DNA of 64,000 bases from NCBI GenBank assembly GCA_964304625.1, contig OZ199839.1, positions 8,402,560-8,466,559 on the forward strand, written 5' to 3'. The position numbers and the translations under genes were made by a program. The stretch is from Kudoa neothunni. Its lineage: Eukaryota; Animalia; Cnidaria. Below the pieces are notes generated by a model that saw nothing but the letters and a program-made list of their open reading frames with translations, searched no databases and was not told the DNA's origin. Shown piece after piece: positions 54,109-64,000 of the stretch. How positions within the stretch are numbered: the stretch's first letter is position 1; each line of letters starts with the position of its first letter.

Positions 54109-56298
54109 TATATACATATATATACGTATTGCGGGTTTTATTGGACGTAATTATTAAGTAATTAATCATAAAGGAAATACTTTTTAGGATCTCGATAATG
54201 TGGCATGATAAATTGTCCAAGTAATTTCCATCAATCAATGAAATAAACTTGAGATTTTCGACATCTTTGAATCTCGTTCTCAGATTCTTTATTATATCAT
54301 TGACTATTGTACCAAATAATCTTGCTCTTTCATTTTTTGTGTCACATTGAGTGCGAAAGATGGATCTAATTAAGTTATTTTTTAAATTATAATACAATAA
54401 CTCAAATTTTGTGTGCATATCCTCAGGTTTTGTTATTGTAACATTGATTTTTTAGATACAATATGTAATGTCTATCATTTTCATCTGCAATATATTGAAG
54501 AGTGCACCAGTTAACCCGAAAATTTCATTATATATCATCAGTAAAAAGTATGTTGAGTCGTTTTTTGGCCAATTGTAAAGCCCAGTACTTTGAAGTAAAG
54601 TGTCTGAATACCATAATGAGGAATTGCTGGTTATATTGTAGAAAAGTTTGCAATGATCACCGCGAAACTCTAATATCATCTGCACTAATTTTGAATTTGA
54701 ATTCCATCTTGTTGCTTCTGCTGTCAGATTACGTCTCCGCACAATCTTATCAAGAAATTGGACCTGTTTAATTGAATTTTTGAAAAAATAAGAAAGTGTT
54801 TCATTAGTCTTGAAAAAGCTCGTACAATCAGGAATAAATTTTGTCGATTGTGACAACACAAGATTTAACTTATGGGCATAACAGTGAGTAAACAGCGCGG
54901 TCGATATCTTTTGTCTAACTTTCAACTGAACTCCATTTAAGTGGGAGGACATGACTATCGCTCCATTATACGTGTGTGCAACTAATTTCTCTTCAATGTT
55001 GTATTAATATATGTTTTTAAACACACATTCCATTACACAACTTGTTGTTCTGCCACGAAGAGTATCAAACCCAATGAAAACATCCTTAATATTCGGTTCC
55101 AATACGTATCTTAATATTGTTGAACATTGAGATGTGCATGAGATATCGGTCGTCTCATCCACATCTGTCGCAACGAACGGAGCCTGTGCTGATTCCTCTT
55201 CAATATTATTCACTAAAATCATCTTTATAGTCTCAATCAGATCATTTTGAATACTGTTGGAAATACCAGAAAAAAACAGATGAATTCTGTAAATGATGAA
55301 AATATTTCGTCAAATTTTGCGGTATAATTCAACAACTCCAAATAATTACCACGATTTAAAGACAGCTTGTGTTAATTATTACCGCTAAAAGTAAGTTCTT
55401 GTTTAATCAAAAAACCAACTTCACGAATCAAAGTTTTCAATACCTTTCTGTTGTCCTTAACATTTTTATTGTGAAGTTCAATTGAAATATTATTCTGTTG
55501 ATCAAGACGCAATTCTACTCGTATAGATCCAAATGTTTTTCATGAAACTTGATTTTGATAGTGTATTGCAGATCGCAATGCTTATTTAAAGCAATTAGTA
55601 AATTATTAAAGTCGAAATATCTTTTTTTGACCCACACACTTTCATTAATCACTGAAAAAAGCAAACATGGGGAACAAAAAAGCCTTTTTGTCGCAACACA
55701 CCCACTTTTTTTCTCATATCACGTAGTATTAAACGTTCTGACAATTGCCTTTCCTTTCAGTTGTTTTAGTTCTTTAAGATACCTGCTCTCCATATTTGAG
55801 GAGATGAAGTAAGCTTAACAGAAGCGCGGGCTCTTATGGCAAGTAGGACAATAATTAGTATTATCTTTGGGTGATATTCCTAGTATAGTCGTCAATAGAT
55901 TATCTTATTTCAAAAATTTCTTTTAATTAAAATAAAAAAAATGAAGAAAAAGAACAATTTATTTGAATAAATAATGCACGCGCAACCTGGATATTTCAGA
56001 ATATTCATGTGATAAGACCGTAGGCAAGTTAAATTCTGCTTACAGTCGGCCATTAAAAACGCAATTGTGCGCAGAATGATGCGGCGCGTGCTAGTCACGA
56101 AATTTTACGCAGAATTTACACAGTGATTAAAAGGTAGAATCGATTTGTGCCTATCTTGCTGCCAATATCTCAAATTTTTTTGTAGTTTTATACGAATATT
56201 TGAATGATTATTGTAGTTTTGAGATAAAAGGGATTTTAACTTTACAACATTAATTAATTTTTATACAATCTTTATTCAATGGGATAGGCACGCGCCTG
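54053..56298 (-). mobile_element. hAT (ZMYM1/DUF4371-like) transposon, decayed, with (TA)n at about 54068-54125
   Basis: FVATDVDETTDIS..QCSTILRYV, GVQ..FTHCYAHKLNLVL, ATRWNS. Candidate 5' TIR CAGGCGCGTGCCTA at 56298; partner TIR not found. Confidence 0.85.
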
Positions 56299-56530
56299 TT
56301 GCAAATAAACATTATCATCAGTATACAGCTCTAAGTTTAAAATCACTGCGCTGCGCAATCAGAACATGTGGAATTAACTAATTTAGTTTCTCACTGCAAA
56401 AACTATGCACTATAAATATTAATAATATTAAATAACAAAGTTTTATTGATTTAAAGTACATAAAAATCGATAAAAATCAGTAATAAGAAACGTATAATAA
56501 ACACGCGCACGCAGAACTGGCAATTTAAAA

Positions 56531-58522
56531 ATGAGGAGCCTTTCGCTGTTCACCACGTTTCTCAAAAAGGCCAGATTCAACCCATCTGTAACAATTTAGA
56601 TAAAACCATTTAAATAAAATCGTTTTAGCTTGGTCGCGTGTTCAACAAAAGATCACTTACCGGTTTTGTGTCCGATGCGAAATTGCCATTTACTGTCGAA
56701 AAACAGTTGCCATCGGTTCAAATCACCACACTTGAGAATGGAGTGAGAGTTGCCACTTACTCTTACGGTTCTCCATCTTGTTCAGTTGGTCTTTTTATTG
56801 GTGCCGGGAGTCGTTACGAAACCCAAGAAACCAACGGTACCGCTCATTTTCTTGAGCACATGGCATTCAAAGTCTTTCAACCACTCATTTATTCCAATAT
56901 GATATAAAACGGATGATGCGAATGTAGGGCACTGAGAAATTGTCACAAGAGGCCATGGAAAGAGAAGTTGAACAAATTGGATGCAAACTGTTGGCTTACA
57001 CCTCCAGAGAACACACCGCTTTCTACGGTAAATGCTTTGCACAAGATGGACCCAGAGTGGTTGAAATCTTGTCGGATATTATTCAACAACCGCTTCTCTC
57101 TGAAAATGCCATCGAACGTGAAAAAGGAGTTATTCTTCGTGAGATGGAAGAAGTAGAATCTCAAGTGGAAGAATTACTGTTCGACTACCTTCATGGTACC
57201 GCCTATCAAGGATCTAGTCTTGGTTACACTATTCTTGGTCCATCCGAAAATATCAAGGGTATGACAAGAAAGAATCTAGCCGACTACATTCGAGATCATT
57301 ATACTGGCGCTAGAACTGTGTTGGTGGCCGTTGGGGATGTGGAACACAACGAATATGTGGATTTGGCCAAGAAATATTTAGGCAATTTGGATTCGAATTT
57401 TTTCCATCCCGAAAGTCCTATCAAGGAAATCCAACGCGCAAAATACATTGGATCAGAGGTTGTTTATCGATCTATCGGTCGATCAACTCATTCTACTTGT
57501 TCTATTAATCTTATTCTAGACCTCAATAAGAATTGACGATATGCCACACGCTCACATTGCTATCGCCTTTGAAGGATGTTCACACACTCATCCTGATTTT
57601 ATACCTCTAATGTTGGCATCATTGGTATATTTCTTTTAATTGCGATTATTGGAATAAATGATTTATTTATTTGTAGCATGTTGGCAACTACAACCAATCT
57701 ATGGCTATTGGAAAAGTATTTTTTGTTTAATTGTTATCATTATTTAATTTATTTAGTCTCATTATAGTCGTTTGGCGAGAGTAATTTACATCGCGTAGCA
57801 ATAAATTGTCTTATTTTATTACAGAGAGCTGCTAATGATGGTCTTTGTAACAGTTTCACTTCATTCAATGCTTGCTACAATGACACTGGATTATGGTAAA
57901 ATAGAATAGGAAAATGACTATTTATGTTAAAATTAATTGGTATTTAAAGGGGAATTTATTTTGTCACCGAACGACTCAAAATACTTCAAACATTGTACGC
58001 TATCGGCCGTGAATGGTTGGTTTTTGTTATTGGCTGTAGTAGCATTGATTGTTGTGTGCTGTGTAGGGCTAAATTAAGAAACAACATTTCTGACTTTGAC
58101 ACTTTGGTCGCCAAAAATCTTTTCATGTCATCCTATTTAATGCAACTTGATGGCACTACTCCAATATTCGAAGATATTGGACGGTAATTGCTTTGTTGTT
58201 AACTTTAGAATATTGGTTGTTTTTCATCCAGACAAGTTCTCGCCTACAACCAATATATCTCCCCATATGACATGGCTAGTCAGGTTCATGTATACAGTTT
58301 TCTAATTGGATGTTTTCGGTTCTAATTGAAATTTTTAGAATGTTACCACTGAACAGGTCAGAGAAGCTGTGTCCCATGTTATGAACAAAACCGACCATGC
58401 TGTAGCAACCATCGGTGAGTTGATGCTTATTGGTTGCTGTCTTTTATTTTTTTTTAGGTCCGGTTGAGGCATTCCCCAGTTACATGACCGTCAAGGGATT
58501 CCTATACAATCCTTTTTCGTAG
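56531..58522 (+). CDS. PMPCB: mitochondrial processing peptidase beta / complex III Core 1 (M16), 12 exons
   Basis: Basic presequence-like N-terminus; [31 protein letters not shown]|GT (HxxEH), [65 protein letters not shown]. Confidence 0.93.
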
Positions 58523-60810
58523 ACACCAATTTAATCTATTCCGTATTCGTCATATATTGAATTTGATTTTTTTTCATTGTTTCTTTAAAAATCATTGATT
58601 TGAGTTGTAAAATATGGGGTTTTCCTAAAATTAGAACTTCCGAACTTTATGGGAAAAGATTAATAAAATCCTGTGTTATATTTTGTCGGGGAAACTTGAT
58701 GTTCTAGCTAGATTACTTTGCAGAAAAAGTAAAAGTTGGGATAATGCTATCTTTATATGTAATCACGTTGATAAGGACTGCTGTCTCGATTATTTCACTA
58801 GCGGTTGATTGGTATGAGAGTCGGATGATTAATTGTGTCATTGAGCGATTTCTTGAAGTTGTATACGTTGGGTTGCACATATTGTTTGTCTGTCAATCTT
58901 TATGGTCCTGGGGGTCGCTTGTTTTAAATATTTAAGACAACGACACTTCTGTATTCTACATCCTTATTCAATTATACAAGCTGTGGTTAATGTGTACAGT
59001 CATTACTGTGGGATATACCCGCGGTTATAACTCGGTCTGGTAGGAAGGTTTGGAATAGATGTTTGAATTTTTTATTCATATTACACCAGTGATATTCAAC
59101 CGGTAATCCGCAAAAGTCGCTTAGAAGATTCATAACAAAAAATATAGAAACTCAGACAGTGGGTAAAATCAGTTACCCACTGTATAAATTGGCGCTTGCA
59201 TACAGAAAAAAACTGATTTTCTTAAATCTATATTATAGACATTGAAGAATCACGTAAATAAATTGAGTAAAGTTTTTTGATTTATATTATATGTACAAAA
59301 TAATAGTGAATTTATAGTTTGTTTTCTAAAACATTGATAAAATTTTGTTATTTTCAATTGTCTAAATTTTCTGAGATGATATTTCATAAATCTCTTCTTC
59401 AATTTAACACAGTAGCTTGTATTTTATACTACAACCGACTTCAATATCCTTCATAGTTGATTACATGACTCCCTTATTTTCGTTAATATCAACCATTTAA
59501 TCTTTCTTTATCTCCTAATCGAGTATCATTTCGTCAGTTTCGTCCTTTTTTTATTTCATAAAAATAATTTAAGGTGGAACTCTCGAATTGTAGACTAATA
59601 ATTGTATTTTAATTTTTAGGAGGAAGATTTTCAAAGAACTTCAATATTTCATTTTTTTTCTTTAAATGTTCAACGCTTCTGGCTATCAGTGATGATCGTA
59701 GCTGGTGATTGCGTTAAGTCCGCAAGTGGTACAGAAATCGGAATAAAAATGTACGTAAAATTGATCATTACAGATTTTACGTACCTTGGCATTATTTGAA
59801 ATTAAACGAAGATTTTATATCTGTAAAATGGGGAATACTAAATAGAATATACACGTTTAATATGAGAATCACTAAGTTGTTTTTTAAAAAGTGCGTAAAA
59901 TCGGTTGCCGATTGAAGTATGTATCTATTTACAGATGTAGGTTGTCTAAAATATTGTCGATGTCGCTTAAACGTTAAACATGATATATTTTAATTTGTTG
60001 TAAATAAATTGTTGAAAATTTGTTATAAACCTTTAATTTTATTTGTTTACAATTTCCTTAATATACATGAGGATCCGCAAGATAATTTGAGTTTATCATG
60101 GGATCCACCATTCAAAATGATTGTAAATCACTGTATTGGACTTTAAGGGTCATGCCGATCACGTTTGACTCAACGCTTTCGAAGCTATAAAAAATGGTGG
60201 ATTCAATTATTGTGATAATTACCGTAAGAGGACAATATTTATTGTCTTCAACCGTTACAGAATAATTGTGTGGGAAGCTAAGTACGACTTGCTGTAATTT
60301 TTATAATGTTCATGGAGTTATTGTGACATTTCAAAATTCCACTGACTAATTAATGAACAACTCCAGGGGTTTGGTCATGTGAATAAACATAATCGAGAAA
60401 TTATTTTGAATTTAATCCCAAATTATTTATTTTTTAATAAATAAAAAGAAAAAGTTAGCTGCTTAATATAATACTTTCCCAATGGTTGCATATTGAAATA
60501 TTTTAGGTACTAGTTAGAAAGTCGAACCAATACTTTAAGAATTTAAGGGTGATATCACATACCTCTTTATTATTTATCAGCGCTATAATAAATTAAGTAC
60601 TACTATTAAATAACACATATAACTACACTGTATCGCGCAGAATGTGTATAAAAATTTAGTTGATTGATTATTTATGTATTGAAGAGAAACAACTTACATT
60701 TTATGGGAATGATTATGAAGTAATTATCACCTAGTTTTACATGTTTTTTTTCAAAATTCATAAAATTTAAATACATTTTTAATATTATTTTAAATATTAT
60801 TTTAAATTAT

Positions 60811-60938
60811 TGTGACGCATCCACATAAATAGAGTAGCGCCTAACTTCAACAGCGCTATGGTCCATAGTCTAAGTGGTAAGGCTAAGGCTCCGCCACTAG
60901 TAGCTCGAGGATCACAGGTTCGATCCTCATCCGCTACA
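60811..60938 (+). mobile_element. 128-bp solo LTR-like element containing tRNA-type A and B boxes
   Basis: TGTGACG...CGCTACA ends, 5-bp flanking repeat ATTAT (60806-60810, 60939-60943), A-box TAGTCTAAGTGG (60866-60877), B-box GGTTCGATCC (60917-60926). Confidence 0.65.
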
Positions 60939-61090
60939 ATTATATATAATAAAGTATATTATTAATTAATTAATAGAAATAAATCTGTTACGAATATTTT
61001 ATTGATATAAAATATAATTCTGCCGAGGAAAGTTATTGCATTTTAATAATAAAAGTTTAATTAATTTCTTTAAAAATATTATTTTTAAAA

Positions 61091-61718
61091 TCTACTATAT
61101 AAAACAAACCAGTAATCTGTGTGTGTCGGTGTGTACGCATTTTTCATTCTTTATAGAGAGACATATCGCTCCATTTGAGCTCACATATGGAAAGATAAAA
61201 TTTTATTTTAACACAGAAAAATACGTAAAAAAATTATAAAAAGTTACGTTTAAACGTACCATAGTGTTTATTTTACTTTAAAATTATTTGAAAATAATTT
61301 AGTAATTTATTAATTCAAATAAATAATTTAGTAATTTATTAATTCAAATAAGGACGGTAATATTAGGTTATGTAACCAAGCATTAATATGAAATTCATTT
61401 GTTGATGTTCAACAAGATTAGTCCTTTTCATATGGTATGATTTAGATATTAATGCAAACAATAAGGAGAAAATCGATGTTTTAGGAGTTCTAAATAGGAA
61501 ATTCAAACTCTCAGTAGTATTTATTCGTTTTTAAAAATATTAAATAAGGTTCATGCGTCCAATGAGTTAAATAAATCATCAGTTAATTGGGTAATCTTTA
61601 TATTATTTAAATATATACTCTGAATTTACTTTGAACATCAAATGACCTTGGCCTACTTAAAGCTTTAGTCTGCGTGGCTAGGCAAGGAAGCCTAAGCGAA
61701 GCGGGGCTTTTGCGCTAG
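61091..61718 (+). mobile_element. non-autonomous Helitron-like element (copy 3, complete)
   Basis: A|TCTACTATATAAAA 5' end, GC-rich subterminal segment and CTAG|T 3' end, no TSD. Internal 29-bp tandem duplication at about 61292-61350. Confidence 0.78.
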
Positions 61719-62620
61719 TTTATAATAGGTGTTATTTAAAAAATAATATAGATATAAATTTTTTAATAAATTCACTACATAATTCATTCATAATTGGCCA
61801 ATTTAAGGATGAAAACTCTATTGACACGTTTTCTTCTGAAAATTTACTTGTTAATAAACTATATAATGCATTTTTAAAATTAAAATTTTTATGTATGCGT
61901 TCTTTTACTAGGTATGTTCATCCGTTGTAATAACCAAAGCCAATGTACAATTCGGTTTGATCATTTTATATTATCTTTACTTTCGACATTTCGACAGGCA
62001 CTTATCCTATTTATGAATATTGTTATAAACTATTAAGTTGATTTAGTAGATTTTTATTTTGCATTCTCTAGGTTAATTTGTACTACCATAAATCAGGCTT
62101 TACTAAGAAAAAAGTTGTCGTTTAAATAGTTTTTTGTTTTTCATAATTCTAAAAATAAAAAATACAATAATTCATTCATTTAAAAAAATTTGATAAGAAT
62201 GTGTAGTATACCGTTCTATTGATAGATGGATTTTAATATGAATATTTTGTGCATTCAAATGAATCGATATTTTGAATTACCAGACATACACTTCCTAGCA
62301 GGGTTGATAATCCGAGATAGTTCATATTATTTATTATACAGTTTATCTTGTGATTAATCATGATAATAATACTAAAAATTTTTATAAGAAATCATTATCG
62401 TGTTTATTGATTTGAAACCTGAATTGTTTTGTCAAAGGATAATTTTGATAATATAATATTGTCATGATTAATTATTAAAGGATAAGTTTATTATAAAATA
62501 GTTCAATAATAAAGCAATGAAACTTTCGTTCCAATAGCTTTTTGGTCCGGCACAATATCGAATATAATAAACCATTCACGTATTCAGTTACAATCGTTTA
62601 TTTCACTAATACTATTAACC

Positions 62621-64000
62621 ATGTTTAAGAGTGTACTCTTATTCTACATAATTTGTATATAATTTCTTTTATGATTAATTTTATTATTTTTCGTTTTATT
62701 AGTACTTGCAAGGACAGATCAGGCATCTAAAACTACACCTGTAGCTGAAGTGGAGGCTGCACTAACTTATCAGATTATTCAAGATAATAACACTAAGGAA
62801 AATTTACTAAAACACACGTTGAGAGGCACAAAGTATGTGGCTAACAGAAAATGTCGTATAATGAGATCAAACGAGGCAGAAATTATAGTCGCTGCCAGTG
62901 CAACAGTAGCTGAATTTAAAGAAATCTCAACTTGCCCTAGTGAAGAAACTAGCACCAATGGTGAATGTATCATCGCATGTAACAGTGAAAAAAGTAAAGT
63001 TCCTTATAATAATCTTTCGCCAAGAACCAAATACATCTACGTAAAAGACGGTGGTGACAAGACAGCTGTTGAAAGCGACACCCATAAACAGGGTGGAAAA
63101 GTGTTTGGTTTGGCAATATGTAATTTAATATAAATGATTGAAATATATTAATGTGTTAAATTTAGCATTAATAGTAAATCCTCAGATAAAAATATCTGTA
63201 GATGATGCTAAGAAATTGAAGTTATCTACAAATACTTGCAGTCCAGTCGATTGTCCCATCTTTTATAAAGATGCAATGTTCCAAAATGGATCAAAGGTAA
63301 GTCAATGTGATACAGCTGTCTCGTCTACTATGGAATTCGACTTATTAATTCCTCACTATGAGATGAGATGTATGAAGTACCCCAGTTTTTTTTATCATAT
63401 GCCAAATACATACATGAAGACCAACATGGCTATTTACGAGCCTCAATATTATGTAACCAAAAAGACAGGAGATGATACAAAAGTTGTAGTTAAATTCACA
63501 GGTTCAATGTTATCATCTGAAATATGCGTATTCAGCATTAAAGACGGGAAAGATACTGGAAATAGCCAACCATTTGAATCTAAATGTGGAAACACGGATG
63601 GGAAATGCTACGCACCGTGTAAAGATATTGAACTTACGTTAACTGCAGCAAAAGAAATATATAAAATCTTAATTCAAACCAGGCATCACGACCTCACAAA
63701 AAATACCGCTACTGCTACAGAGGGATTTCAACAGAATAAATTTGGTATTTATATGGTGAATAATAAGATTTATAGTTCATTTTGTAGCGATTACAGAGAC
63801 TGGGGATGGATTATTATCGTTGTATTCAAATCAGGGTGTAACATTCGATAGGACCTTATTTGGGACGATTGGCACCACCCCCTCTTCTACATGCACGCTA
63901 AAACATTATGCGGCTGACAAGATTAAAAAACCATCGACGAATACAAAGTGTGACTCTACAACTCGAACGGGAAATGATAATCATTGTAATACAGACCTCA
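62621..64000 (+). CDS. secreted/surface Cys-rich protein with internal repeats, 3' truncated by window
   Basis: Signal-like MFKSVLLFYII|LLARTD. Exons join through phase-1 introns (GKVF|ALIV, QNKF|AITE) and the frame stays open to 64000. No family recognised. Confidence 0.75.

Noticed and set aside
60855-60938. Functional tRNA gene
   Set aside because: A and B boxes are present, but no acceptor stem or anticodon arm can be folded.

Overview
AT-rich eukaryotic nuclear DNA using the standard code, with many very short GT-AG introns (mostly about 35-60 nt). It is very probably animal because it carries a Crumbs-type gene. Divergent housekeeping proteins, tiny introns and secreted protease/Kunitz genes would fit a fast-evolving parasite such as a myxozoan or orthonectid, but that is inference only. 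Spliced genes reconstructed by hand: Rac GTPase, a miniature Crumbs-like protein missed by the ORF track, KDM8/JMJD5, V-ATPase subunit e, a pepsin-family aspartic protease, an ENPP-fold protein lacking its catalytic residues, USO1/p115 with an unusual tail, an orphan gene, a frameshifted 5-Kunitz gene, MPP-beta/Core1, and a secreted Cys-repeat protein that runs off the window end. Between them lie decayed and often nested transposons: piggyBac, Tc1 DD34E, pogo, Merlin/ISXO2, MULE, hAT, Helitron, Gypsy and solo LTRs. Best candidates for novelty: the mini-Crumbs, the pseudo-ENPP about 60 bp downstream of a co-oriented LTR, a 128-bp solo LTR carrying a tRNA-type Pol III promoter, and USO1 with most of its coiled coil replaced by a P/Y/S/N-rich tail. 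All gene models are manual and untested.
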